A DNA stretch of 61,612 nucleotides. Origin: an uncultured Rhodanobacteraceae bacterium. Its GTDB lineage: Bacteria; Pseudomonadota; Gammaproteobacteria; Xanthomonadales; Rhodanobacteraceae. Both the position numbers and the translations under genes were made by a program. The DNA lies in NCBI GenBank assembly GCA_964570295.1, contig CAZMXV010000001.1, positions 1 through 61,612 on the forward strand, given 5' to 3'. Under the pieces are notes generated by a model, which worked only from the letters and a program-made list of their open reading frames with translations, did no database searches and was not told the origin of the DNA. Positions 19,601 to 29,071 of this stretch are shown here, one piece after another; position 1 is the stretch's first letter; the number at the start of each line of letters is the position of its first letter.

Positions 19601-20134
19601 CGTGGCGCTGCCCATGGGAAAAATGTCGATCAGCGCGCCGCGCACGGCGAAATCACCCGGGTCCACCGCTTGCGGCACGTGGCGGTAGCCGGCCGCTTCC
19701 AGACGCCGCTGCTCGGCGTCCAGATCCAGTTTCTGCCCCTGCCGCACCGCCAGGCCGGAGCCGGTGAGGTAGCTGCGCGGGGCCAGGCGCTGCATCAGCA
19801 TCGGCGCCGGCACCACCAGGATACCGCGCTCCACCGACGGCAGGCGGTACAGCGTGGCGATGCGCCGCGAGATGATTTGCGGGTGCGGGCTGAACAGGTC
19901 GTAGGGCAGGGTTTCCCAGTCCGGGAACGGCAGGACCGGCAGCTCGGGCGCGAACACCTGCAGTTCGTCCTCCAGCTGGCGTGCCCGCAGGCTGTCGCGC
20001 GTTACCGCGACCAGCAGGCCGTCGTGGTGACGCGCGGCCTCGGCAAAGGCCAGCGAGGTGGCCGAACCGTCAGGCGTGATCCAGTAGCGGCGCTGCTTGG
20101 GGGTGACGGGAAGCGGCGTATCAATGAGCGACAT
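16676..20134 (-). CDS. mfd: Transcription-repair coupling factor
   Basis: PDWETLPYD, CGDVGFGKTEVA, DEEQRFGV, TATPIPRTL, QLRGRVGRS, DLEIRGAGELLG. Confidence 0.99.
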   Translation of the reverse strand: MSLIDTPLPVTPKQRRYWITPDGSATSLAFAEAARHHDGLLVAVTRDSLRARQLEDELQVFAPELPVLPFPDWETLPYDLFSPHPQIISRRIATLYRLPSVERGILVVPAPMLMQRLAPRSYLTGSGLAVRQGQKLDLDAEQRRLEAAGYRHVPQAVDPGDFAVRGALIDIFPMGSATPYRIELFDDEIDSIRSFDPETQRSQNKVDAVELLPAREFPLTEEARRDFRHRLRERFPIDVRRCPLHQDMKQGLTPGGIEYYLPLFFEATETLFDYLAESALFVLDEGTLEAAEQSWRQTVARHEQRAHDIERPILPPDELYLPPERLREQLNRWRRAEFVPAEHPHAVALGTAPIPDVALPARSGASADKLEDFLAGHAGRTLITADSPGRREAVADLLATHGLRPVPVDDWQTFVHGQPAGASHALTVAPLARGFLLEAPGIAVLTEQELLGERAPRTRRGRKPGTAARDPDTIIRDLTELSEGAPIVHIDHGVGRYRGLETLDIGDAPGEYLVIEYTKGDKLYVPVAQLDLVSRYTGTSPENAPLHSMGGEAWSKARRRAAEKVRDVAAELLAIHAQREARAGTATAIDRTLYRQFAAGFPFEETPDQQQAIEAVLADIEAPRSMDRVVCGDVGFGKTEVALRAAFAVASAGRQVCVLVPTTLLAQQHYTNFADRFADWPLTVEVLSRFQSGKQAGESLQRLAAGKVDVVIGTHKLLGDEVKFKDLGLVIVDEEQRFGVRQKEKLKKLRAEVDLLTLTATPIPRTLNMAMSGLRDLSIIATAPEHRMAVKTTIAHKDPALLREAMQRELARGGQVYFLHNKVETIERAARELAELMPEARIRIAHGQMPERELEQVMLDFHRQRFNVLVCTTIIESGIDIPSANTIIIDRADHFGLAQLHQLRGRVGRSHHRAYAYLLVPDRRAMTSDARKRLEALASLEELGAGFTLATHDLEIRGAGELLGEEQSGQIQQIGFGLYSELLERAVNALKSGKVPDFDLASDHETEVILHAPALIPEDYLPDVHTRLTLYKRIASARDESALRELKVEMIDRFGLLPEPLKQLFAITGLKLLATPMGIRKLEFGPAGGRVLFRAEPDIDPAALIHLIQTQPRVYKLDGQEKLRVIRELDAPIERLEAARQLLATLGARRAA

Positions 20135-20242
20135 GGGCGGAGCCAATACACAACGGCACCGGTCGCGGCGGCGACCAGTGCAACGGGAAGAAGTCGACTA
20201 TTTTAGCAGGGGCCGGCAATACCCTCTGCCGCGCGGCATGGC

Positions 20243-20875
20243 TCAGTCCAGGTCCAGTGCGATCATTGCCGTGCCGGGGTCGCCGACCATGGCGCGGCGC
20301 TTGAAGCCCAGCTGGCGACACAGGTCCAGCATGGGGCGGTTCTCGATAAGCACGTAGCCCCACAGGCATGCCACGTCGCGCCGGCGGCATTCGTCGACCA
20401 GGCGTTGCATCAGCAGGGCGCCGAGGCCGCGCCCGGTCCAGGCCCGCTCCACCAGTACCGCGAATTCGGCCTGGTTGCTGGCCTTGTCCCAGAAGATGCG
20501 CCCCACGCCGCGGATCTCGTCCGCCACGCCGGTGGCGTCGATGAGCACCCATGCCGCTTCGCGTTCGGGATCGATGTCGCACAACTGGCGTGCCATCGGC
20601 AAGGGCAACTCGCGCATGTGGTGCATGAAGCGCATGCGGATTTCGTCTTCGGAAAGCCGCGTGAAGCAGCGCCGTATGGCGTCGATGTCGTCAGGCCGGA
20701 TGGGGCGCAGCCACAGCATGCGACCGTCGTGGATGGTGACCTGTTCGCCGGGGGCGTCCGCGGAGGCGGGGCGCGTGACGCGGGCGAAGCGCCGGTTGCT
20801 GCGTGGCGGCAGGGACGGTTCGCGCAGGGGCGCATGCGACGTGGAGTCACGGCCGGGCGGGAGCACCATGTTCAT
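20243..20875 (-). CDS. GNAT N-acetyltransferase (stand-alone, like the Pat/acyl-CoA-synthetase GNAT domain)
   Basis: LRPIRPDD, RMRF, AEFAVLV, GRGLG..LM, ENRPML.L...LGF; start uncertain. Confidence 0.85.
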   Translation of the reverse strand: MNMVLPPGRDSTSHAPLREPSLPPRSNRRFARVTRPASADAPGEQVTIHDGRMLWLRPIRPDDIDAIRRCFTRLSEDEIRMRFMHHMRELPLPMARQLCDIDPEREAAWVLIDATGVADEIRGVGRIFWDKASNQAEFAVLVERAWTGRGLGALLMQRLVDECRRRDVACLWGYVLIENRPMLDLCRQLGFKRRAMVGDPGTAMIALDLD

Positions 20876-20942
20876 GGCACAAAGTGTGCGCTGCCGGCCG
20901 CGGTGCGTCCAGATACCTGCGACGTTTCGTTCAGCCGCCTTT

Positions 20943-21452
20943 TCAGCGGATGCCCACGCCCACGCCCACACCGACATGCACGTTCGACCACGGGCTGCGC
21001 AGTTCCTCGGCGGTCCACAGGTGGTAGTCGTCGACGGCGACCAGCGGGAATGCGTAGGCGGCCTCGCCCACCTTGCCGCTGCGGGTGCCCTGCAGGTGTC
21101 CGCTGAGGGTCATCAGGCTGCCGGGCGGGTAGTTCAGCGGTTCCAGGTAGCCCGGCACGATGGCGATGAAGCGCCCGCCGGTGGCGTCCCTGGGTTGCGG
21201 GCGTTGCGATTTGTCCAGCGGGTAGCCGAGCATCTCGATCTCGGTGTGGTCGGTGCGGTTGGTGACGGCGACGATGCGTCCGCCCCAGATCACCTGTCCC
21301 CGGCTGAATGGTTCGGGCGTGCGTGCGACCTGGGCAGGCGTGGCCTGGACCAGGTCGGGCGAGGCCCGGTAGATGGGTTTGGGCGCGCAACCCGCCAGCA
21401 CCAGCAGGGCGGCGGCAGCGAAGGCGGTGATGACGGGAAGCCTGGGGCGCAT
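20943..21452 (-). CDS. Slp-family outer-membrane lipoprotein
   Basis: Lipobox LAGC; WGGRI, YPLD..RP, GRF, GYLEP..Y..G, VGVGVG tail. Confidence 0.9.
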   Translation of the reverse strand: MRPRLPVITAFAAAALLVLAGCAPKPIYRASPDLVQATPAQVARTPEPFSRGQVIWGGRIVAVTNRTDHTEIEMLGYPLDKSQRPQPRDATGGRFIAIVPGYLEPLNYPPGSLMTLSGHLQGTRSGKVGEAAYAFPLVAVDDYHLWTAEELRSPWSNVHVGVGVGVGIR

Positions 21453-21465
21453 GGGGGTGGTCCGG

Positions 21466-22440
21466 TCAGCCAAAAGTGAAGGTGTAGGCCCGCAGTCCCG
21501 CGTGCGGGATGCGGATGACGACGGCGTGGTCGCGATAGTCGTCGCTGTCGAACAGTGTATACAGCCGGCTGGCCTGGATGGTGACCGGCGGCTGTTGCTT
21601 GCCGTCGACAAGAATCGAAAGGGTGACCGGCTGGTCGCTCGAAGCCACCATGTGCAGCTTGCCGGCCTTGAAGTGCAGGTGGATGGCCCCGCCGTCGCCG
21701 GTCAGTTGCGCGTATTCGCCGGTCATGCGCCAGGTGCCGTCGAGGGCGTACCGGTTCAATCGCAGCGATGCCGGCGCGTGGTAGCGGTGCGGGCGCGGCG
21801 AAGGTTTGTCGGTGTTCGCCATGTTGGCGACCCGGGCCAGGCCGAAATACATTTCCGGCGAACCGATGGCGCCGAAGTCGGGGCCGCCGGGGTCGACGCC
21901 ACCGTCCAGCGGTGGCAGGCCGAGTTCGTGGCGGATGGCGTTTTCCATCTCGCGGTAACGGCCCTCGCCAAAGTGGTGCCGTACCACCCTGCCGCGCCTG
22001 TCGACCAGATATTCAGCCGGCCAGTACTGGTTGCTCCAGGCGCTCCAGGTGGCCATGCGGCTGTCCATGGCCACGGGGTAGCGGATGCCGAAGCGCTTCA
22101 CGGCCCGTTCCACGTTGGCGCGGTTTTGACCGAATGTGAATTCCGGCGAGTGCACGCCGACCACGACCAGGCCGTCATCCTTGTACTTGTCGTACCAGCG
22201 GGTGACGTGCGGGAACGTGCGCAGGCAGTTGATGCACGAATAGGCCCAGAAGTCGATCAGCACCACCTTGCCGCGCAGGCGGCGCATGCTCAGCGGGTCC
22301 GAATTGATCCAGTGCGTGATGCCGGTGAACTCCGGTGCCCTCGCCGGCACCGTCGCCGCGGCGCGCGTCGGGAAGGCGGCTGCCGTGCAGGCGACGGCGA
22401 GGGTCAAGATGGCCAGAACGATGGAGCGGGCGATGCCCAT
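21466..22440 (-). CDS. Exported thioredoxin-like protein (DipZ C-terminal-like: Trx plus beta-rich domain)
   Basis: APEF.GI..WINS.PL, VVLIDFWAYSCINC, GVHSPEF, NQYWPA, HFGEG.Y, YTFTFG; signal peptide. Confidence 0.88.
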   Translation of the reverse strand: MGIARSIVLAILTLAVACTAAAFPTRAAATVPARAPEFTGITHWINSDPLSMRRLRGKVVLIDFWAYSCINCLRTFPHVTRWYDKYKDDGLVVVGVHSPEFTFGQNRANVERAVKRFGIRYPVAMDSRMATWSAWSNQYWPAEYLVDRRGRVVRHHFGEGRYREMENAIRHELGLPPLDGGVDPGGPDFGAIGSPEMYFGLARVANMANTDKPSPRPHRYHAPASLRLNRYALDGTWRMTGEYAQLTGDGGAIHLHFKAGKLHMVASSDQPVTLSILVDGKQQPPVTIQASRLYTLFDSDDYRDHAVVIRIPHAGLRAYTFTFG

Positions 22441-22538
22441 GGTCGTGTCCCGCAGCCCGGGCGGCTGCATGATGGAGACGCGACCAGTCTAGCGCAGGCG
22501 GGTTCCCGGCTGGAGGTGTGTGCCTGGCATGGTGCCGC

Positions 22539-23471
22539 TCAGTCCGTGGCGGGCTTTTCGCGCACCGGCAATGGCACGTTGCAGATGCCGACATGGCCGA
22601 CCGGGCGGGTGTAAAAGGCATCCTTGCGGTTGCGCTTGGCCTCGACCAGCCGCGCGAAGGTCTTGCTGTCGGTGCGCAGGACCTGCAGCGTCACGCGCTC
22701 GGCTTCCGGCACCCGTGAAGCCAGTCGCATCGAGATGACGGGCGTGCGCTGCGAGGCATCCTCGTACACGCCCATGGGTTCGGGGCCCCGTGGCAGTGCC
22801 GCCAGCCACTGCATGCCCTGCACCACACGTCCGACCACGGCCAGTTGGCGGTCGATCTGGCGCGGCGCCTGGCCGATGGGCACGTACAGCGTGTTGCCGT
22901 TGCCGCTTTCCGGATCGGTGTCGCGGGCCACCCCGACCATGCCGTAGCACTGCACCAGCCAGGCCTTGTTGGTGGCCGGGTTCCAGGCCATCGGCAGCCC
23001 GTGCGAGAAGCCGACCCTGGGCGCGTACAGGTCTCCGTCCGGCAGTGGCACGACGTCGAGCGACGCGTCCAGGATGCGCGTGAACTCCGGCGCCAGCGTG
23101 GTCTTTGCCGAACCCATGGATTTCGCCTTGTCCGGGTCGTCGCCGTCCGGGTCGCCCCATTGCGCCACGAAGTTGTCCTGCACGCGGTAGACGCTGGTGT
23201 GGTCGAAATAGTGCTCGCCGACCAGGGTCTTGATGTTGGCCACGTGGCGCGGCGCCCACGCCGGTGCCAGCTCGATGACGACGCGATGGTTGCCACGCAG
23301 CTTCATGTACAGCGTGTGGGCCGGGTCCAGCGTGCGCCACTCCGAAGGCGCCGCGGCGGCGAGAATCTCCCTGGACGACGGCGTGGCGTCCTTGTCGCCG
23401 CCGGCCAGGGCGGGGGCGCAGGCGAGCACGGCCGTGGCGGCCAGCAGGGGCAGGAAAACATGGCGTGGCAT
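22539..23471 (-). CDS. Periplasmic cyclophilin-type peptidyl-prolyl isomerase
   Basis: Signal peptide; [30 protein letters not shown]. Confidence 0.85.
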   Translation of the reverse strand: MPRHVFLPLLAATAVLACAPALAGGDKDATPSSREILAAAAPSEWRTLDPAHTLYMKLRGNHRVVIELAPAWAPRHVANIKTLVGEHYFDHTSVYRVQDNFVAQWGDPDGDDPDKAKSMGSAKTTLAPEFTRILDASLDVVPLPDGDLYAPRVGFSHGLPMAWNPATNKAWLVQCYGMVGVARDTDPESGNGNTLYVPIGQAPRQIDRQLAVVGRVVQGMQWLAALPRGPEPMGVYEDASQRTPVISMRLASRVPEAERVTLQVLRTDSKTFARLVEAKRNRKDAFYTRPVGHVGICNVPLPVREKPATD

Positions 23472-23523
23472 GGGAACTCCCGGAGAGTGCGAGACGGGTC
23501 GAGTTTGCCATTATGCTGGCGCC

Positions 23524-24123
23524 ATGCAAAAGACCTACGATCGTGCCTATTTCGACAAGTGGTACCGCGATCCGGCGCACGCCGTGGATTCGCCGTCCGA
23601 GGTGCGGCGCAAGGTGGCGATGGCGGTGGCGGTGGCCGAGTACTATCTGGGCCGGCCGGTCCGCAACGTGCTGGACATCGGCTGCGGCGAAGGCAACTGG
23701 CGCTCGCCGCTGCGACGGCTGCGGCCGAAGGCGGCCTACCGCGGCCTGGATTCGAGCGAATACGTGGTGGCGCGTTACGGTCGCACCCGCAACATCGGCC
23801 TGGCCAGCTTCGGCATGCTGGAGTACCTGCGCTTCGAGCGGCCGTTCGACCTTGTGCTGTGCACCAACGTGCTGCACTACATCGGGGCGGCTGAAATCCG
23901 GCGCGGCCTGTCCGGCCTGGACGAACTGCTGGAAGGGGTGGCCTTCATCGAGGTCTATGCGCGGGAGGATGCGACGGAGGGGGACGACGAGAATTACGTG
24001 GCGCGTCCGGCATCGTGGTACCGGCGGCACTTCCGGGCCGCGGGGCTGCGCTCGGTCGGCTCGCATGCCTGGGTCGGCTCGAATCTCGCACCGCAGCTGC
24101 TGGCACTGGAAGGGTTGCCGTAG
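23524..24123 (+). CDS. Class I SAM-dependent methyltransferase
   Basis: VLDIGCGEG motif I, GLDSS, FDLVLC; start re-set to MQKTYD. Confidence 0.85.
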   Translation: MQKTYDRAYFDKWYRDPAHAVDSPSEVRRKVAMAVAVAEYYLGRPVRNVLDIGCGEGNWRSPLRRLRPKAAYRGLDSSEYVVARYGRTRNIGLASFGMLEYLRFERPFDLVLCTNVLHYIGAAEIRRGLSGLDELLEGVAFIEVYAREDATEGDDENYVARPASWYRRHFRAAGLRSVGSHAWVGSNLAPQLLALEGLP

Positions 24124-24172
24124 CGGCCCCGACCACGACAGGGCACCCCCGCCGACCGGTGTCTCCGCGCAT

Positions 24173-24619
24173 CTACAGCTCGGACTGGGGCGGGTAGCGC
24201 ATGCTCTCGATGCCGGCGCGATGATAGCGGCGGGCGAAGATCGGGCGCAGCCGGTCGATCAGCTCCCGGGAATGCTGGATGCTGTCCTCGTCCGGCGCGT
24301 ACACGAACAGGAAGGCGCCGCCGCGTTTTGCCAGCTGGATGTCGTCGTCGAGAAATCCCGCTTCGGTGCCGATGATGCGGGCGATGCCGGCGCGCAGGCG
24401 ATCGAACCAGGCCACGCCTTCCTCCGATTCCAGTTCGTCGACCACGAACGGGCCGGAGGCGGTGGCCACGTCGTCGGCGCCGAATCCTTCGGACAGGAAT
24501 TGCTGGCGCCCGCTCTCGGCCTGTTCGAAGTCGTCGAAGGCGACCACGATGTAGTGCAGCGGATAGAAAAGGCCGAACGAGGTATCGCTTTCCTTGAAGA
24601 AGTCCCAGTGCGCTTTCAT
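24173..24619 (-). CDS. Hypothetical protein (148 aa)
   Basis: Normal composition and GC3 bias (FGLFYPLHYIVVAF..., LAKRGGAFLFVYAP); GGGAG upstream. Confidence 0.75.
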   Translation of the reverse strand: MKAHWDFFKESDTSFGLFYPLHYIVVAFDDFEQAESGRQQFLSEGFGADDVATASGPFVVDELESEEGVAWFDRLRAGIARIIGTEAGFLDDDIQLAKRGGAFLFVYAPDEDSIQHSRELIDRLRPIFARRYHRAGIESMRYPPQSEL

Positions 24620-24702
24620 GGGCGGGCTCCCACGTGGCGGGTTCACTTCCCACCATAACGGTGCGACATGAACTGCGGCTTTTTGTCGCAGGCAAGCGCC
24701 GT

Positions 24703-25098
24703 TCAGGGTTGCAGCGCCAGCAGGCGCACCACGCCGTAGATCGCCAACAGGAACAGCAGGCCCCAGGCCAGCATGGCCACGCCGAAAGCGGGGCCGCGCC
24801 GGGCCGGATCGCGCTGGTAGGCCACGATGTACCACACCCGGCCCGCGACCCAGACCAGGCCGAGGATGCCGGCCCAGGTGGGGTTGCCGAACCGCGCCGC
24901 CAGCCACAGCGTGGGCAGGAACATCACGGCCTGTTCCAGCGTGTTCATCTGGATGCGGTAGGCGCGTTCGAAAGCCGGGTGCCCGCTGGTGGCGGGGGCC
25001 TTGATGCCGTATTTGCCGCGCGCGCGACCGGTGAGCACGGCGGTGGCGAACAGCAGCGCGATGGTGAGCAGGACGACCAGTTCGGGCAGATGGATCAC
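24703..25098 (-). CDS. MAPEG family membrane protein
   Basis: RAR.KYGIKAPA..G.P.FERAYR.QMNTLEQ motif; 4 TM. Confidence 0.92.
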   Translation of the reverse strand: MIHLPELVVLLTIALLFATAVLTGRARGKYGIKAPATSGHPAFERAYRIQMNTLEQAVMFLPTLWLAARFGNPTWAGILGLVWVAGRVWYIVAYQRDPARRGPAFGVAMLAWGLLFLLAIYGVVRLLALQP

Positions 25099-25164
25099 GA
25101 TGGCATCTCGGACAGGACCAGCGTCGGAGTGTGGAAGCTCGGCACGTGCCTGTCCAATACCGCG

Positions 25165-27012
25165 TCAGTGCCGGCGCGGCGGCTTGTGTCCCGCCGGGCG
25201 TTTGCGGCCCGGCTTGCCCTTGCCGCCGTCCGGCCGTTTCGGCCCGCGGGGTCCCTTGTCCTTGACATGCCGGGGGCCGGCGGATCGGCGCGGGGCGTCG
25301 CCGGCGGAGTCGTCCGCCAGGCGCATGTGCAGCGGCCGGCCGGCCACGCGGACCTTTTTCAGGTGTTGCAGCAGTTCGTGCGGCATGCCCTCGGGCAAAT
25401 CGACGAGGCTGTGGTCGTCGCGGATGGTGAGGCGGCCGATGTACTGGCTGTCCAGGCCGGCCTCGTTGGCGATGGCGCCGATGATGTTGCCCGGCTTGAC
25501 GTGGTGCGCGTGACCCACTTCCAGGCGGTAGGTGTTCTTGCCGGGCTCGCCCCGGTGGGGGCGCTCGTGGCGGGGTGCCTCGCGACGGCGGTCGGGCTTG
25601 CGCTGGTATCCGCGGGCCGGCTTGTCGTGATGCGCGGCGTGCTCGCGCGGCGGTGCCGGCGCGGGGTCGGAGCCCTCCAGCAGCAGCGGTTTGCCGCCGT
25701 GCGCCAGGTGGGCCAGGGCGGCGGCGATGTCGACCGCCGGAACGTCGTGCTCGCGCTCGTAGCGTTCGATGAGGTCGCGGAAGGTGGCGAGGTCGGCGCC
25801 GTTTCCGAGGGTTTCGCCGATGCCCTGCATGAAGCGCTCGATGCGGCGGTCGTTGACCGCGGCCACGGTGGGCGGCTGCATGGGTTCGAGCGGCTGGCGG
25901 GTGGCGCGCTCGATGGCGCGCAGCATGCCGCGCTCGCGCGGCGTCACGAACAGGATCGCCTCGCCCTCGCGTCCGGCACGCCCGGTGCGGCCGATGCGGT
26001 GCACATACGATTCGGTGTCGTAGGGGATGTCGTAGTTGAGCACGTGGCTGATGCGCTCCACGTCCAGCCCGCGCGCGGCCACGTCGGTGGCGACCAGGAT
26101 GTCGAGCTGGCCGTCGCGCAGTTGCCGGATCAGGCGTTCGCGCTGCGGCTGCGCGATGTCGCCGTGGATGGCGGCGGCGGTGAAGCCGCGGGCTTCCAGT
26201 TTTTCGGCCAGGGTTTCGGTGGACTGCTTGGTGCGCGCGAACACGATCATGGCGTCGAACGGTTCGGCTTCCAGGATGCGCGTCAGCGCGTCCAGCTTGT
26301 GCAGGCCGCCGACGTGCCAGTAGCGCTGGTGGATGTGCGCGGCGGTCGCGGTCCTGGCCGCGATCGACACTTCCACCGGATCGTCGAGGTGCTGCTGCGC
26401 GATGCGCCGGATGGGCTTGGGCATGGTCGCCGAAAACAACGCCGTCTGGCGCTTCTTCGGCGCTTCCGCGAGGATCGTTTCCACGGCCTCGGCGAAGCCC
26501 ATGCGCAGCATTTCATCGGCCTCGTCGAGCACGACGAAACGCAGGGTGGACAGGTCGAGCGTGCCCTTGCGCAGATGGTCGATGACGCGCCCCGGCGTCC
26601 CCACCACCACGTGCACGCCGCGGCGCAGGCCGTGCAGCTGCGGGCCGTAGCCGGTGCCGCCGTAGATCGGCAGCACGCGGAAGCCGTCGATGTGCGCGGC
26701 GTAGCTCTGAAAGGCCTCGGCCACCTGGATGGCCAACTCGCGCGTGGGCGCCAGCACCAGCGCCTGCGGCTTGCCCGGCGCCGCCTCCAGGCGCGACAGG
26801 ATGGGCAGCGCGAAGGCAGCGGTCTTGCCGGTGCCGGTCTGCGCCTGGCCCAGCACGTCGCGGCCGTCCAGCAGTGGCGGAATGGCCGCGGCCTGGATCG
26901 GCGAGGGCGTTTCGTAACCGACGTCACCGAGGACGCGCTGCACGGCAGGCGCCAACGCGAGCGCGGCGAAGCCCGGCGTGACCGGGTTCGGATCGGGGGA
27001 AGGAGAAGACAT
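25165..27012 (-). CDS. deaD: DEAD-box RNA helicase DeaD/CsdA
   Basis: Q motif, AQTGTGKT, PTRELA, DEAD, SAT, HRIGRTGRAG; DbpA-type RBD (VG..H.VKPGNIIGAIANE). Confidence 0.93.
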   Translation of the reverse strand: MSSPSPDPNPVTPGFAALALAPAVQRVLGDVGYETPSPIQAAAIPPLLDGRDVLGQAQTGTGKTAAFALPILSRLEAAPGKPQALVLAPTRELAIQVAEAFQSYAAHIDGFRVLPIYGGTGYGPQLHGLRRGVHVVVGTPGRVIDHLRKGTLDLSTLRFVVLDEADEMLRMGFAEAVETILAEAPKKRQTALFSATMPKPIRRIAQQHLDDPVEVSIAARTATAAHIHQRYWHVGGLHKLDALTRILEAEPFDAMIVFARTKQSTETLAEKLEARGFTAAAIHGDIAQPQRERLIRQLRDGQLDILVATDVAARGLDVERISHVLNYDIPYDTESYVHRIGRTGRAGREGEAILFVTPRERGMLRAIERATRQPLEPMQPPTVAAVNDRRIERFMQGIGETLGNGADLATFRDLIERYEREHDVPAVDIAAALAHLAHGGKPLLLEGSDPAPAPPREHAAHHDKPARGYQRKPDRRREAPRHERPHRGEPGKNTYRLEVGHAHHVKPGNIIGAIANEAGLDSQYIGRLTIRDDHSLVDLPEGMPHELLQHLKKVRVAGRPLHMRLADDSAGDAPRRSAGPRHVKDKGPRGPKRPDGGKGKPGRKRPAGHKPPRRH

Positions 27013-27151
27013 GGGGAGGGAACCTCGGACGGCGACCGAAGCATTCGGCGCGTGCAAACGCGTATTCTAGCACCGCTGCCGCCGCCGTACGTGACTCGCG
27101 TGCGCCGGCTCGCTACCATGCCGGGCTTTACCCACACAGGCGGCAAGCGGC

Positions 27152-27637
27152 ATGAAAGCGGCAAAAGACACGGTCATCACCCTGCATTACGACCTCTCGA
27201 CCAGCGGCGAGCAGGTGGAAAGCTCGCGCAAGGGCGAACCGCTCACGGTGCTGCTGGGGCGCGGTTTCCTCATCAAGGGTCTGGAAGAAGCCATCGAAGG
27301 ACACGAGAAAGGTGACACCTTCAGCGTCGACCTGGCCCCCGAGCAGGCCTACGGCGAACGTCACGAAAACGCCATCCAGCGCGTACCCAAGAAGTACTTC
27401 CTCGACGGCAAGCGCCTGAAGCCGGGCATGACCACGGTGCTGACCCTGAAGGAAGGCGGCCAGCGCGCCGTCACCGTGCACAAGGTCGGCATGACCACCA
27501 TCGACGTGGACACCAACCACCCCATGGCCGGCAAGGATCTCACGTTCGACATCGATGTGATGGACGTGCGCGAAGCCACCGCGTCGGAGCTGGAACACGG
27601 CCATGCGCATCCCGACGGAGAGCATGAGCACGCGTGA
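27152..27637 (+). CDS. slyD: FKBP-type peptidyl-prolyl isomerase SlyD
   Basis: GLEEA, P.QAYG, DTNHPMAGKDL.F, VREAT..EL.HGH with a short His tail. Confidence 0.92.
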   Translation: MKAAKDTVITLHYDLSTSGEQVESSRKGEPLTVLLGRGFLIKGLEEAIEGHEKGDTFSVDLAPEQAYGERHENAIQRVPKKYFLDGKRLKPGMTTVLTLKEGGQRAVTVHKVGMTTIDVDTNHPMAGKDLTFDIDVMDVREATASELEHGHAHPDGEHEHA

Positions 27638-27765
27638 GGTCCGGAGCGGCTTCCGGTTTCCGGCCCCGAATCCACATCTCCGCCTCCGTCGTGCCGGGTG
27701 ACGGGGGCGGGTAGCGGGGCGCATGGATGGAGGTTTTGGCCAGTCGAGGCTGTCCGCAAGCATTG

Positions 27766-27790
27766 ATCGCGGCCATGGGCCGCTCCCACA
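27766..27790 (-). repeat. REP-like palindrome (TGTGGGAGCGGCCCATGGCCGCGAT)
   Basis: GTGG tetranucleotide followed by a GCGGCC/GGCCGC hairpin, between convergent genes. Confidence 0.7.
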
Positions 27791-27850
27791 TTTGTTCTTC
27801 CGCTGCTGTCCCGAAGCGCGGGCCTGAGCTCGAACCAGGCCCTTCCCGTC

Positions 27851-28402
27851 CTACTTCGCCAACACCCGCCTGGCATAGGCGAAATGCCGGCTCCAGTACG
27901 GATTGGTGATGTAGTCCAGGCGTACCGTGCCGCCACTGTTGGGCGCGTGCACGAAGCGGCCGTTGCCGACGTAGATGGCCACGTGGCTGATGCCGCCGCC
28001 GCCGGTGCGGAAAAACAGCAGGTCGCCGCTGGCCAGCTGGTTGACGCGCTTGATCTTGGGGGCCTTCATGTCGGCCATCGCGTGCGAGGAGCGCGGCAGG
28101 CTGAGGTCGGCGGCCCGGCGGTAGACGTAGTCGACCAGGCCGCTGCAGTCGAACCCGCTGTCGGGGGTGTTGCCGCCCCATTGATAGGGCGTGCCGACCA
28201 GCCCGATGGCATGGAACAGCACGTTGTTGGCCTCGGCCGTCAGGGCCGGCGACAGCCGCGTCGTGTCCTGGATGGGCGTACCCGGCGCGGGACGGTGGGT
28301 GGTGGACGGACGCGGCTTGTGGCTTGCGCAGCCGGCCACCAGCAGCATGGCGGCCGCCAGCACGCATGGACGCCATGGAATCGCGAAATCGGGCCCCGCC
28401 AT
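27851..28402 (-). CDS. NlpC/P60 (C40) peptidoglycan peptidase lipoprotein
   Basis: Lipobox VAGC; GTPY.WGG, FDCSGL, GDLLFF, HVAIYVG.G.FVHAP. Confidence 0.95.
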   Translation of the reverse strand: MAGPDFAIPWRPCVLAAAMLLVAGCASHKPRPSTTHRPAPGTPIQDTTRLSPALTAEANNVLFHAIGLVGTPYQWGGNTPDSGFDCSGLVDYVYRRAADLSLPRSSHAMADMKAPKIKRVNQLASGDLLFFRTGGGGISHVAIYVGNGRFVHAPNSGGTVRLDYITNPYWSRHFAYARRVLAK

Positions 28403-28439
28403 GTGAAAACCTCGACCTTGGGTTACGGTGAGGTTATCA

Positions 28440-28452
28440 AATCAATGGGTTG
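28440..28452 (+). promoter_or_regulatory. IHF consensus site upstream of the NlpC/P60 gene
   Basis: AATCAATGGGTTG matches WATCARNNNNTTR in an AT-rich intergenic patch. Confidence 0.5.
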
Positions 28453-28475
28453 GGGAAAAGTTCTTATATGCAGGA

Positions 28476-29006
28476 TTAAGGTATCCCGCTGCCGGACCGG
28501 CGCGCATGGCTGGAGGTGGTCGGCTTGCCGTCGATGACGGCGAACCGGAACCGGAACCAGAGACTGAAAGGCTTCGGGATCCGGACGAAGGTGGCGGGTG
28601 CGTGGGCGCGGCGTACCTCGCGGGTAAACGTCATGGGCGTGAAGCGCCATTCGGCGACCGCGGCACGGACGGCCTGCGCGAAGACGTGATGCCGTGCGGA
28701 GGGCGGGTCGTCGGACGGGATGTAGGCCGCGGTGACGCGGCCCTGTTCATCGACGGACAGGCGCGCCACGATGTCCACCGGCGGCAGGTCCAGTTCGACC
28801 AGGGCCGCCGGGTACAACGGTGCCGGGTTGCGCACCAGCACGGGATGGCTCCAGGCCTGGCCCGGTGTCAGGGTGTAATGCCGCGTACCGGCCGGCTCGG
28901 GAATGCGCCGGTAATCGGCGGTGCCTTCGCGGTTCGGCGCGGAAGCGCGCGGCGGCACCGCATGGCAGCCTGCCAACAGCAGGACGACGAGCCATGAAGT
29001 CAGCAC
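28476..29006 (-). CDS. Lipoprotein with a TonB C-terminal-like domain
   Basis: Lipobox LLLAGC; PAPLYP, LSVDEQGRV, AVRAAVAEWRFTP; start uncertain (GTG 29006 or TTG 29060). Confidence 0.75.
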   Translation of the reverse strand: MLTSWLVVLLLAGCHAVPPRASAPNREGTADYRRIPEPAGTRHYTLTPGQAWSHPVLVRNPAPLYPAALVELDLPPVDIVARLSVDEQGRVTAAYIPSDDPPSARHHVFAQAVRAAVAEWRFTPMTFTREVRRAHAPATFVRIPKPFSLWFRFRFAVIDGKPTTSSHARRSGSGIP

Positions 29007-29071
29007 GCGCGGTGGACCGCGTCGTGGGCAAGCGGGCGGCCTGGCGGCATGCGGAGACAATGGCAGGGTCT

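Noticed and set aside
14708-20206. 1110-aa and 692-aa plus-strand ORFs
   Set aside because: Antisense to the PLD gene and mfd; no recognisable motifs
24634-27315. 893-aa plus-strand ORF
   Set aside because: Antisense shadow of deaD and the MAPEG gene
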